Positions 47,093-56,626 of a DNA stretch of 64,000 nucleotides are shown piece after piece (within the stretch, counting starts at the first letter, position 1; each line of letters begins with the position of its first letter). Source of the stretch: Candidatus Kaiserbacteria bacterium (GTDB lineage: Bacteria; Patescibacteriota; Minisyncoccia; Phycocordibacterales; UBA2100). A program made the position numbers and the translations under genes. The notes beneath the pieces are model-generated. The model was not told the origin of the DNA and did not search any database. It worked only from the letters and a program-made list of their open reading frames with translations. The stretch covers positions 4,025 through 68,024 of the forward strand of contig JALWOZ010000012.1 in assembly GCA_027083345.1 (NCBI GenBank), read 5' to 3'.

Positions 47093-48007
47093 TTAACCAT
47101 TAAACCTCTCCTCAAGTGCTGGCACAATTTGCTTCTTACGAGAGACTAGGTTGTCTACATATAGAGTACCATCTCTCTCCTCTGCATTAAATACCTCTTT
47201 AAATAGTTGTGTAGTGTCCTTGTCTGAAGTCGCGGTGTAACTCTCCTCATTAAGTATGTCTACTATAGTAAAGATTATCCCCTTGAGCCCCTCTCGCTCT
47301 TGTATAGCCTTAAGTCCGTCTTTAATCTCGTCCAGTCTGCCCAATCCGTATGATGGACTAGTAGTCTCCATAACTCCTATTGTGTATTTATCCCCTCCGA
47401 AGGTAAACTCCTTATAGTCAAGAGTTATCAAGCTCTCCACATCTATATCCCCCAAGTCGCTCTTGGCATTAAACATCTCTAGTGAATAAGCCTCTATATC
47501 GCTTATCTCCGCCACCTTATTAAGCTTCTCTAGTATTTCCTTGTCCTCAGCGGTGCTCGTAGGAGAGCGGAAATGGAGTGTGTCTGAGAGTATTCCGCTT
47601 ATAAGCATTGTCGCCTCCTCCTTAGAGAGCTCTATTCCATTAGTAAAGAACTTCTTAGCAACAATACTGCAAGATGAGCCTATGGGCTGTATGTCCATCT
47701 CTATGGGCTTAGAGGTTTTAACATCCACCTTATGATGGTCTATTATGCCTACAAGATCTAACTCGCCTAGGTTGTCTATACTCTGCCCTGCCTCGTTATG
47801 GTCTAAGAGTATCACTTCACTACCTGCAGGTAACTCAAGCTGTACTTGTGGCGCTTCAATGCCCAACTCATCAAAGACGAACTGTGTCTCACGATTAAAG
47901 GTCCCCAGTGCATACACCTTAGACTCTACACCTGTCTTTTTTAAAAATGATTGATAAACAACAGAGCTACATATAGCATCTGTATCCGGATTCTTGTGTC
48001 CTATTAC
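47093..48007 (-). CDS. ppaC: DHH-family manganese-dependent inorganic pyrophosphatase.
   Basis: It has the DHH N-terminus GHKNPDTDAICSSV and a DHHA2 C-terminal domain. The start was set at MKYVIGHK; the track extends to 48052. Confidence 0.75.
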   Translation of the reverse strand, partial: VIGHKNPDTDAICSSVVYQSFLKKTGVESKVYALGTFNRETQFVFDELGIEAPQVQLELPAGSEVILLDHNEAGQSIDNLGELDLVGIIDHHKVDVKTSKPIEMDIQPIGSSCSIVAKKFFTNGIELSKEEATMLISGILSDTLHFRSPTSTAEDKEILEKLNKVAEISDIEAYSLEMFNAKSDLGDIDVESLITLDYKEFTFGGDKYTIGVMETTSPSYGLGRLDEIKDGLKAIQEREGLKGIIFTIVDILNEESYTATSDKDTTQLFKEVFNAEERDGTLYVDNLVSRKKQIVPALEERFNG

Positions 48008-48052
48008 ATATTTCATAATTAATATATTATCATCACTAATAATCTTGTACAA

Positions 48053-49750
48053 CTACATTCTTTCTGGAGTGTTGATGCCCAAGATTTGCAAGCCGTTTTT
48101 AATTGTCTGAGCTGTTACCTCTGTTAGGGCTAGTTTGTAGTGCTCCGCATCTGTGCCGTCTAGTATCTTGCCCTGCGCATACCAGCTGTTGTATGCGCTA
48201 GCCAGGTCATTGAGATAATTTGCAATATGATGTGGCTGGTACTCCAGAGCCGCACGCTTCACTACCTCTGGAAATCTATAAAGCAACTTCTCTATGTTTG
48301 TATGCACCCAGTCTCTCGGCACTTGCACTTTTATGTCTCCTCTATGCGGATATGCCTTCGCCATCACCGACTTACACCTCGCATATGTATACTGCAAGTA
48401 TGGCCCAGAATCCCCCTCAAATGAGAGCGACTGCTCTATGTCGAAGGTGATATTCTTACCCATGCCTACCTTCACTATCGCATACTTAACAGCGGCAATT
48501 GCCACCATCTCTGCAGACTCCTCTGTCATCTCAGAACCTGATTCTTGCGCTCTCTCTAAGGCGGAGCTCTTTACAGAGTCTAGTATGTCTACCGCAAGAG
48601 GCACACCACCACTCCTAGAGGAGATCTTGCCCGTTGTGAGAGCAAGCCTGCCATGCTGGAGGAATAGCGACTTCTCTGCCCACTCTCTGTTAATAAGCTC
48701 TGCCGACTTCTTCACCAGCTCAAAGTGTTGCTTCTGCTCTACATCTGTAACTGTTATAGACTTATCAAAGTCATACTCTCTAAACTTAATACTAAGTAGT
48801 CCAGTGTCTTTAGCTAAATATGTACCAAAGCCGGCTGAGTTGATATACACATTGTCAAATAGTCCGTGCTCCGAGCCTCTGAATATCACAGCTCCGTCAG
48901 ACTCCTCAAACACACTCGGCACATTCTCAAGCACAATCCTCTTACCCTCCTGCTCAGCCTGAGTCTCAAATATCAGCTTGTCAAAGTGCGAGCCGAGCCG
49001 AGCTATGATGTTATTGAAGTACTCTAGCGAGAGCTCCCTACCCCTCTTATACACCTCGTACTCCGGTGAGTCCTCTTTGTTATATATATTGGTGTTTATT
49101 TCATTTATGCGAGCCTTTGCCCCCTCACTCTCTTTATACGCTTCTACACCCTTAACATACGCCTCGCCCACCTGCTCTATGGTAAAGTTCTCCGCAATAC
49201 CCATCTCTATGATACCCCACACCGCCTTGGCAATACCAGGCGACACATCTGAGGGGAAGGATATTGCAGTAACATAAGCACCAGCAAATTGCATTAAGCG
49301 TACAAGTGCCTCACCATATGTATTATTAACCAAATGCCCAATGTGGAAGGGTTTAAAAAGATTCGGCGAGCTATGCTCTAGTAGTATCTTCTCTCCGCTG
49401 AGAGCATCACTCTTGCCCCACTCTCCTCCGCGCTCTAAAGCCTCAGCAACACTATGCTCAAAGAACTCCTCAGAGAGGTGGAAGTTGATAAACCCTGGCC
49501 CGGCAATCTCTACCCTATCAACCCACTCAATCTCCGGCAACTTAGACACAATCTCCTCAGCCAACTCCCTGGGACTCTTACCCAACCCCTTAGAAAGTCG
49601 CATGGCAACATTACAAGAGTAATCACCGTGAGTTAAGTCAGCCGGATGCTCCAAAGTTATCTCAGTACCACTCACATCAATACCAACACCCGCACTCTCA
49701 AGAGCCTGCTTAAGCAGGCCTTTAATTACATCTTGTATCTCAACAGTCAT
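48053..49750 (-). CDS. argS: Arginyl-tRNA synthetase.
   Basis: It has the HIGH motif SPNLFKPFHIGHLVNN, the DALR anticodon-binding domain, and typical length. Confidence 0.85.
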   Translation of the reverse strand: MTVEIQDVIKGLLKQALESAGVGIDVSGTEITLEHPADLTHGDYSCNVAMRLSKGLGKSPRELAEEIVSKLPEIEWVDRVEIAGPGFINFHLSEEFFEHSVAEALERGGEWGKSDALSGEKILLEHSSPNLFKPFHIGHLVNNTYGEALVRLMQFAGAYVTAISFPSDVSPGIAKAVWGIIEMGIAENFTIEQVGEAYVKGVEAYKESEGAKARINEINTNIYNKEDSPEYEVYKRGRELSLEYFNNIIARLGSHFDKLIFETQAEQEGKRIVLENVPSVFEESDGAVIFRGSEHGLFDNVYINSAGFGTYLAKDTGLLSIKFREYDFDKSITVTDVEQKQHFELVKKSAELINREWAEKSLFLQHGRLALTTGKISSRSGGVPLAVDILDSVKSSALERAQESGSEMTEESAEMVAIAAVKYAIVKVGMGKNITFDIEQSLSFEGDSGPYLQYTYARCKSVMAKAYPHRGDIKVQVPRDWVHTNIEKLLYRFPEVVKRAALEYQPHHIANYLNDLASAYNSWYAQGKILDGTDAEHYKLALTEVTAQTIKNGLQILGINTPERM

Positions 49751-49869
49751 AAGCTCAATGGTACACCAAACTCATAATTTATAAAACCCCATAACCCTTG
49801 ACAAATGTGGGGGGTGATAAGGTGAATATGTTGCCAACTAGGCAACTCTTCAACAGAAAGGAGGCTACT

Positions 49870-50007
49870 ATGCCCTATCAAACTGAAGAACAGTTCCACA
49901 ACAAATACTTCCTGTGTTCCATCGGGGGGAGTGGCGACTGGGATGATGGCGCCGCCAGCGACCAGGGCAATGGTGACAGCTCTGGTGATGTGGGTAATGA
50001 CCTGTAA
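49870..50007 (+). CDS. Small acidic peptide gene (45 aa, MPYQTEEQFHNKYFLCSIGGSGDWDDGAASDQGNGDSSGDVGNDL) in a GC-rich mini-cassette.
   Basis: There is a perfect SD AAAGGAGG at 49857-49864 with 5 nt to the ATG, an upstream TTGACA at 49797-49802, and a strong terminator at 50027-50070. It is below the ORF-track cutoff as a standalone ORF. It conflicts with an antisense 91-codon ORF. Confidence 0.35.
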   Translation: MPYQTEEQFHNKYFLCSIGGSGDWDDGAASDQGNGDSSGDVGNDL

Positions 50008-50026
50008 ATTCCCACTCATCACCTAG

Positions 50027-50070
50027 GCCCAATTCCGTGTTACAATACATGCGGGATTGGGCTATTTTTA
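50027..50070 (+). terminator. Rho-independent terminator: GCCCAATTCCG-N14-CGGGATTGGGC followed by tattttta.
   Basis: An 11-bp stem with one G-U pair, followed by a T-rich tail, is visible. Confidence 0.6.
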
Positions 50071-50098
50071 ATAATTTTCTACATTATTCTATGATCTT

Positions 50099-51079
50099 AT
50101 GAACTTATTCAAAGTCACAGCAAATAAAGAACTAGCTAGATTCTTCTGGCTACAATCTATGACACAGTGGATATGGTCTGCTCAAATACCTCAGTTAGTA
50201 AATCCGGCATTTAACAAACTGATAGCTGATTTTGTTAAAGATAATCATGTATTAATACATAAATGCAAAGAAATATTATCCGAGAAAGAACATAGCTTCA
50301 AGCTCATCTGGGATGTATATTTGAACAAAAATCTACTCAATGACGCTAACCTGGCGCCAATAAATAATTTGCTGCATGTCTTCAGTCCCGTATTCGACAT
50401 TATATGGGAATCTGAATTACCTCAAATAGATCAATGGTCAAAGCAAATCAATGCTGATTTTACAGAAGAACATCAATTATTTATAAAAAAAGTAAAACAA
50501 TTCTTGCAAAGTAATTTTGCCCAAAAAACACCAATAACCATATACCCATTATTGTGTAGCAAAAATCTTACAACATCTCTAATAAATAAAGATCATCCTA
50601 ACATAATACTAGCACAACACTGGGGGTGCTTTAATAATAAACAGATTATCATCAAATCATTAATGCATGAATATGTACACATGTTACAGAATAATTCAAA
50701 ATCCGATGAATTTCTGCGCACGGCTTTTATTAAAGTTAAAATACCAGAAAATCTTAAAGATACTGAAAATGCACCGCCGCTTAGTTATGTAGCACGAGAG
50801 ATTTTGGTACAATCTTTAGTGTCTACAGAATTACCCTCTTACTACTCAGTATATTTTCACCACAATAATGAATTCAGTAACATACATAAACCCCAGTCTA
50901 TAAAAAATGAGTTGAATAAAAAAACCTATCATGATTGGTACTCTCATATAAGATATATAGCATACGAAAGTCAAAATATATTAAATGAATATATGCAAAA
51001 AGAGAAATCTATAGACCAAGAGTATTGTGATAAATTAGCTAAAATAACTATTAATCATATTAATAATCTTAATAGTTAA
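50099..51079 (+). CDS. Hypothetical protein with an HExxH motif (LMHEYVHML); a possible zinc-metallopeptidase-like protein.
   Basis: Only the HEYVH motif was recognised. It is AT-rich, with native-like composition. Confidence 0.3.
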   Translation: MNLFKVTANKELARFFWLQSMTQWIWSAQIPQLVNPAFNKLIADFVKDNHVLIHKCKEILSEKEHSFKLIWDVYLNKNLLNDANLAPINNLLHVFSPVFDIIWESELPQIDQWSKQINADFTEEHQLFIKKVKQFLQSNFAQKTPITIYPLLCSKNLTTSLINKDHPNIILAQHWGCFNNKQIIIKSLMHEYVHMLQNNSKSDEFLRTAFIKVKIPENLKDTENAPPLSYVAREILVQSLVSTELPSYYSVYFHHNNEFSNIHKPQSIKNELNKKTYHDWYSHIRYIAYESQNILNEYMQKEKSIDQEYCDKLAKITINHINNLNS

Positions 51080-51828
51080 GATTTGATTACATGACACGGA
51101 GCAAATACTGTATCGTAGAATACTTCACCGGCTTCCAATCTTTTCTGATTATAATTAACTTTAAAATATATGGCCTTGTTTTTATCTGACAAATTCCTAT
51201 TAACTATATTTGCCAATAAATCTAAGTTACTAATAACAATCTCCCTTGACGTATTTGCACGAGCGTTAGCAAAGATTGGCAATAATATACCTTTAGAGAT
51301 ATATTCCTTAGCGTATACTGTTAAAAAGTGCACCATTAGTCTACCTCCAACCGATTTTGAATCTTTTGTGGTCATCCAATCTGTTATATAAATTATCCTT
51401 TTTGAGTTCCTTACACCTTCATATGCAGTTATATATCCATCTAACTTCCCAGAATTATCTCTATGCAAAAAAGATAACTTTGGGTATCCTCTAGCAATAC
51501 TCAATACATCACAGGCAAATAATATCAACTCATGTTTCCATTCTGGCTTACACAAATCTGGGTTATCTGTATATATTTCTTTTTCTAAAGCCACTATGTC
51601 AGTTGTATTACAACCATATGATTCTTGAATACCTATCTTTTTTATAATGCACTTTTCGGAGTCTAACAATCCCATGTCTATAGCTTTTGTAACCTCTTCT
51701 TTTGTCAAACATAAGAACGGTACTCTAAATAATCCATTTAATAAACGATCTTGAAGACTATCTCTATTTTTTAAATTTTCCATAATCCCAATTTTCAACT
51801 CAGTTTCATAATCGTACACCAAACTCAT
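51076..51828 (-). CDS. Hypothetical protein, possibly with a GNAT-like acyl/acetyltransferase fold.
   Basis: KSVGGRLMVHFL resembles the GNAT motif A region. It is the last gene of a tight five-gene minus-strand operon. Confidence 0.3.
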   Translation of the reverse strand: MSLVYDYETELKIGIMENLKNRDSLQDRLLNGLFRVPFLCLTKEEVTKAIDMGLLDSEKCIIKKIGIQESYGCNTTDIVALEKEIYTDNPDLCKPEWKHELILFACDVLSIARGYPKLSFLHRDNSGKLDGYITAYEGVRNSKRIIYITDWMTTKDSKSVGGRLMVHFLTVYAKEYISKGILLPIFANARANTSREIVISNLDLLANIVNRNLSDKNKAIYFKVNYNQKRLEAGEVFYDTVFAPCHVIKS

Positions 51829-51831
51829 AAT

Positions 51832-53055
51832 TTATAAAGCTTTGTTTTTGTGTAAGAATATTAGCGCCATTAAACCTATGGTCGCGAATGTACCCGCCGA
51901 TAGTAGTAGTGCCACCGGCAAAGATAGTAAATCACTAGCATAGCCCAGTGCCGGCCCTACAATTATAAACATCAAACGTCCTACAAGATTCTTGATAGAC
52001 AATACAGTCGCTCGGACATCAGACTCAATCCTCCTATGTACATAATCTCTCAATATAGGTTGTTGCACCGCACGCACAAAGTAGAACACAAGTATCACCG
52101 GCAATATTATTAGTGATGGATACAACCCAAGCAATATATAAGTAGTGACCACAAGTATCACTAAAGCAATAAGAGCCTTGCGTAACCCAAGCAGATTCTC
52201 AAACTTGGTAGCAAACATAGCAAACACTCCTATAGAGACATTTAATATCGCCCAGAGCACACCAAACCAAGCTATGGGTATATTGAGTAACTGCCAATAC
52301 GGCTGCATAAACCAAACAAACACAAGAGTAGAGGTGTTGATGGCGCCAGCATATATAATGATCCACTTAAGCTCCTTGTGCCCGTGTAGAGAATATTTGA
52401 TAATCTTAATCATCTCTTGCCAGAGATTTGCAGAGGTGTCTTTAACCCGCTTAACAGCCGGCTCAACTAAAGATATTGTGATTGGTATTGTGGGAATCAA
52501 TACAACAGCCCAGATTATAAACGGATACCTCAAGTTGATAGCCCCTATTATGCCCCCGGCAACACCACCGATAGCTTGTGAATATGCCCCTATAGCGACT
52601 ACTTTAGACTCAATACGCTTATGCTCATCAGTCTTGCCTAGGCCTATCAAGGTGTTATATAGCAGAGCCGAGTCTGCCCCGGAGATGAATGCATGGCCAA
52701 CGCCCAGCACTACCTCGGCAAATAATATCGCCCAGAATCCATATGCCAGAGCATAAACCACAGCCCCAAGAGTAATGACGAGGGACCCTAGCACCAACGC
52801 TCTCTTGTGCCCGAGCTTGTCAGATATATAACCAGACGGGATCTCAAATAATAAGACCGAAATAGAGAAGACAGCCTGCACCACAAATACATCTTGCATA
52901 GAGAGCCCATTCTCTTGGAAGAAGAGCGTAACAATCGGCATAGTGATCATCATCCCAAGCAAGCCGTGGAAGATATACAACTTCTTAATATTACCCTCTA
53001 AATACTCTTGATTTAACTTTAACATTAAAGCTAGGATAGCATTACCTACATACAT
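51832..53055 (-). CDS. MFS transporter (12 TM).
   Basis: It has twelve predicted TM helices and MFS-like loop motifs (GYISDKLGHKRAL). Confidence 0.7.
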   Translation of the reverse strand: MYVGNAILALMLKLNQEYLEGNIKKLYIFHGLLGMMITMPIVTLFFQENGLSMQDVFVVQAVFSISVLLFEIPSGYISDKLGHKRALVLGSLVITLGAVVYALAYGFWAILFAEVVLGVGHAFISGADSALLYNTLIGLGKTDEHKRIESKVVAIGAYSQAIGGVAGGIIGAINLRYPFIIWAVVLIPTIPITISLVEPAVKRVKDTSANLWQEMIKIIKYSLHGHKELKWIIIYAGAINTSTLVFVWFMQPYWQLLNIPIAWFGVLWAILNVSIGVFAMFATKFENLLGLRKALIALVILVVTTYILLGLYPSLIILPVILVFYFVRAVQQPILRDYVHRRIESDVRATVLSIKNLVGRLMFIIVGPALGYASDLLSLPVALLLSAGTFATIGLMALIFLHKNKAL

Positions 53056-53095
53056 TTACCAACAACCAGGTCACTGGTGTTTTATATCGAGATAA

Positions 53096-54736
53096 TTATT
53101 TAAAAGCAACCACAGGCAACTCTATGGTGAAGGTTGAGCCTTTGTTTAGACCCTCTGACTCTACCCATATTTTACCTTTATTTGCCTCTATCAAGTTTTT
53201 AGCTATAAAGAGCCCCATACCCGTACCAAAGGCGTCTGTCTCCTTAGCATTGTCTGCCCTTGTAAACTTGTCAAACAAGCCAGCTACCTCTCCTTTTGCC
53301 ACCCCTATACCTGTGTCTTTAATACTCACGCGCACGCGCTTGCCACTCTCACTCAGCTCTGTGCGCACCTGTACCTCACCCTTATGAGTATACTTAATGG
53401 CATTCTCCAAGAGTGCATTGAGTACTTGTGTAATATTGTTCTTGTCAGCTTTAACCATACACTTATCACCCTCTACATCGTGCTCTATTGTCATCTTAAT
53501 ACCCTTATCTTGTGCATTAACTAAGCGTACTTCAACCCTCTCGTCTACAAGCTCGCACAGGTCAAACTCCGTCATATTCTGCACTACATTATCCTCCTCA
53601 ATGCGCGCAATGTTCATATAGTCATTAATCGTCTCCGACATCACCTTACTGGCAGACAAAATATTATTTATAGGCACTTTGGCACTCTTAGGCATATCTC
53701 CATAATCTCCTTCTAAGATTAAAGATGCATAACCATTAATAGCCGTAATAGGCCCGCGCAATTGATGAGTAGCAATATGCAAAAACTCATTCTTCTTCTC
53801 GTCTAGTTCTTTAAGTTTTTTGTTCGCCTTTTCTAAACTTGTAGCTACCTCTTCAATACGTTCTTTAGTGCTTATTTCTTTTTTCATTGTGTGAATTATC
53901 ATATAACCTAAAAAAGTAAATATAATAAGTGGTATAATTGTCAAAATACGAGTCGTAATAGTTTGACTAAATAACACATTAATAGATAATAAGACCCAAC
54001 TTGCTGACACGACCAGTTCCGTCAACGCTATTTTAGTATTAAAAATTTGTTCTTTATAAATTCCGTAAGTTATAAAAGCCGCCATAAAAGATATGCTTAT
54101 CTGTCCTACCCAATTAAAAGTAAAATCCCCTGTTATTGGTAAAATGAGATTAGTCACAAAACTAATAAACGTCGCAACACTAGCTCCAATTATTAGGTAA
54201 AATATCTGACTTCTAGTAACTAGTTTTTTGGTATTTCTATAAGTATCAATTAAGATACCAAATCCTATACTAAACAAACTAAACAAATAAAAACCATACA
54301 CAATATGTAAGATATTATTAAATAATATCACTTGTTCACCTATAGTTGGTCGTAGCACACCCAAAATAAGTAAATCGGGGCTAAATACTAAATACAAAAT
54401 CGACACTAGAGATAAAAAGAAAGATGCGGATATAATCTTATAATGCAAAATCTTAATTTTAGCCAACGCTGCAGCTAGATAAATAAAAGACAGAGGTATT
54501 AGCGCGGCATCTGCGTATAGTAAACGTGTAATAAATAAGTTCCAACCATCAGAAAATGGATGGCTACGATAAATAATCATTAACACTCCCCATAAACTCA
54601 CTATAATAGTCAATACAAATAATCTTTTGTTAATTGATTCTTTTGGATTATGGGCAAATATAATAACTCCATAAATAAGATTCAATAAAACCGAAAAACC
54701 TATTAAAGTATTAATTACTGTGAGACCTGTACTCAT
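53096..54736 (-). CDS. Sensor histidine kinase with an N-terminal 7-8 TM sensor domain. No cognate response regulator is nearby.
   Basis: It has the H-box EFLHIATHQLRGPITAI, the N/G1/G2 boxes (LENAIKYT, DTGIGV, GTGMGL), and multiple TM segments in the first 260 aa. Confidence 0.8.
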   Translation of the reverse strand: MSTGLTVINTLIGFSVLLNLIYGVIIFAHNPKESINKRLFVLTIIVSLWGVLMIIYRSHPFSDGWNLFITRLLYADAALIPLSFIYLAAALAKIKILHYKIISASFFLSLVSILYLVFSPDLLILGVLRPTIGEQVILFNNILHIVYGFYLFSLFSIGFGILIDTYRNTKKLVTRSQIFYLIIGASVATFISFVTNLILPITGDFTFNWVGQISISFMAAFITYGIYKEQIFNTKIALTELVVSASWVLLSINVLFSQTITTRILTIIPLIIFTFLGYMIIHTMKKEISTKERIEEVATSLEKANKKLKELDEKKNEFLHIATHQLRGPITAINGYASLILEGDYGDMPKSAKVPINNILSASKVMSETINDYMNIARIEEDNVVQNMTEFDLCELVDERVEVRLVNAQDKGIKMTIEHDVEGDKCMVKADKNNITQVLNALLENAIKYTHKGEVQVRTELSESGKRVRVSIKDTGIGVAKGEVAGLFDKFTRADNAKETDAFGTGMGLFIAKNLIEANKGKIWVESEGLNKGSTFTIELPVVAFK

Positions 54737-55848
54737 ATTTTATTAATTCTACTCCTTAACATATTAACAACATTCTCAATATATTTATCTGAAATAACCC
54801 CTATAAAATTCTGATATTCTGGTAATTGAAATCCTAATTTATGACCTAATCTCGCCACATAATCTACTTGATCTAATGTGGCTCTACCAATAACAAAATT
54901 GGCACAAATGTCATTATATGCTAAAACCATAACTTCGACTAAACAGCAATAATTTATATTATCACCATGTAACCCTATATCAAAATTTACATTGACCCCC
55001 GGAGTCAAAACTGCTCCTGCTTCTATTACCATAACATCATTACGATCAAAGACTTCTTCTGACACATCGGACGGTTGTGCGTCGTCCACAATAAAGGTAC
55101 CAGGAGATACATAATCAGACAGAATAGTTGCTCCTGGTGCATTAGTGGCGGTTATAATAATATGAGCTTTTTTAATAATATTCATATCATCTGTAATAAT
55201 GACATTTTTCATCATTTTTCTAAATGTGTCCTTTATTAATTTATGCTTCCTTTTCAGATCTACAAGTAATATTTTTTTAAAAGGCTCTCTAGCCAAAAGT
55301 TGTGCTGAAATACTACCCACTGAACCAGCAGCTCCTACAACCGCAATTATTATACTCGCATAATTTAAATTATTCTTGAAAATAAAATCTCTTACGTACT
55401 CCGTAACATTATACCCTGTATAAGCATGTCCAGTTGTGATGCAGATATTATCAATATCAATAAGTTTCTTACCGCCGTGCGACAACGAAGAAGTTAGTGC
55501 GCCTAATCCAACTATTCTCACACCCATGTTCCTAGCCTTTCTAATTGCTCGACGTATTTGAATAACCGCATATCTACGATACTTCAACATAGTATTAGTA
55601 GACATAGGCAAAGAGATAACAACACCTCGTATTAAATTACCATTTTTATCCTCTAGACCTGTGATGTCAGCTATTTTAACTGGTCCCATTATAAATTCAA
55701 AAATAGTTAAGACCCAACCGGGAACATATTTAAATATTTTAAACTTTTTTAATATTTCCTTTTTTGTGCGTGGGTGCACTATAAAAGCATAGTCATATTT
55801 AACTGATGTACCCTTATTAATCTTATTGGACTTTAATTTAGAATTCAT
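54733..55848 (-). CDS. Homolog of cyanobacterial long-chain acyl-ACP reductase (AAR family; NAD(P)-binding).
   Basis: It is collinear with AAR: FIVHPRT~LIGHLTS; AVIQIRRAIRKARNMGVRIVGLGALTSS~ATRKVLNAMSHAQKHGIDISALGGFTSI; TTGHAYTGY~TTGNTHTAY; IAVVGAAGSVGSISAQLL~VAVVGATGDIGSAVCRWL (Rossmann). The comparison uses a remembered reference sequence. Confidence 0.55.
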   Translation of the reverse strand: MNSKLKSNKINKGTSVKYDYAFIVHPRTKKEILKKFKIFKYVPGWVLTIFEFIMGPVKIADITGLEDKNGNLIRGVVISLPMSTNTMLKYRRYAVIQIRRAIRKARNMGVRIVGLGALTSSLSHGGKKLIDIDNICITTGHAYTGYNVTEYVRDFIFKNNLNYASIIIAVVGAAGSVGSISAQLLAREPFKKILLVDLKRKHKLIKDTFRKMMKNVIITDDMNIIKKAHIIITATNAPGATILSDYVSPGTFIVDDAQPSDVSEEVFDRNDVMVIEAGAVLTPGVNVNFDIGLHGDNINYCCLVEVMVLAYNDICANFVIGRATLDQVDYVARLGHKLGFQLPEYQNFIGVISDKYIENVVNMLRSRINKI

Positions 55849-55860
55849 AACATTATTAAT

Positions 55861-56559
55861 TTATTGCAACTTAATAAGTATATTCTCTCTCACATTGTTA
55901 ACTAAAACTTCGTATGTATCTTTATTAGACTCTTTAACTCTAGCCTTAATCTCAATAGACTTCCCGTAGTAAATAAATACCCTAGCCTTCCTCAAGAAGA
56001 TATTCTTAAGACTTAATTTATAAGTACCCTTTATGGCTACAGGTATTATAGAGGCCTTTGTCTCGGACGCTAAATATACGATTCCCCCATGAAATTCTTG
56101 TAATTTGCCATCTTCAGTTATTTTACCTTCAGGATACATACACAATGGATACCCGTCTTTTAAATTACTTACTTGTGTTCTTAATGATTTTGCATAGTCT
56201 CCATTACCTCTCTCTAAAGGATACGCACCCCATAATGCAAAAACATACTGCAAGATACCGCTTCTATACAAGACACCTAACCAACCTCTTTTATTAGACT
56301 CTTTAAATGCATATATAGGTGCCGTAACGTATATCATAGGACTCCACCTAGAGAACCAAGGCAAAGCCGCCCTCACAAGCCAAGAGTCCAACTCATGAGC
56401 ATGATTAGGCGCAAATATGACTTTACTAGACACACTTTTTAAATTCTCTAGTCCCTTAATCTCCAAATGCATGAAAAATTTAAAAAACAACCTAAAAAAA
56501 GGCCACGAGATAAACTGTATCATAAATGGGATAATAATTTTAAATCGTACCTTCCTCAT
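55861..56559 (-). CDS. plsC: 1-acyl-sn-glycerol-3-phosphate acyltransferase family (PlsC-like).
   Basis: It has the HX4D motif APNHAHELDS and the downstream YPEGK motif, with an N-terminal hydrophobic segment. Confidence 0.7.
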   Translation of the reverse strand: MRKVRFKIIIPFMIQFISWPFFRLFFKFFMHLEIKGLENLKSVSSKVIFAPNHAHELDSWLVRAALPWFSRWSPMIYVTAPIYAFKESNKRGWLGVLYRSGILQYVFALWGAYPLERGNGDYAKSLRTQVSNLKDGYPLCMYPEGKITEDGKLQEFHGGIVYLASETKASIIPVAIKGTYKLSLKNIFLRKARVFIYYGKSIEIKARVKESNKDTYEVLVNNVRENILIKLQ

Positions 56560-56626
56560 AAACCATAGCTTAACATAGACTTAAGTATATACATAAACAA
56601 GGCAAACTCCTTACATCCTTATACCA

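Noticed and set aside
49747-50022. 91-codon minus-strand ORF whose stop overlaps the argS start (ATGA)
   Set aside because: Not rejected outright, but ranked below the plus-strand 45-codon ORF, which has a perfect SD, a -35 hexamer and a dedicated terminator. The minus-strand frame has no start context and may be an artefact of the GC-rich patch.
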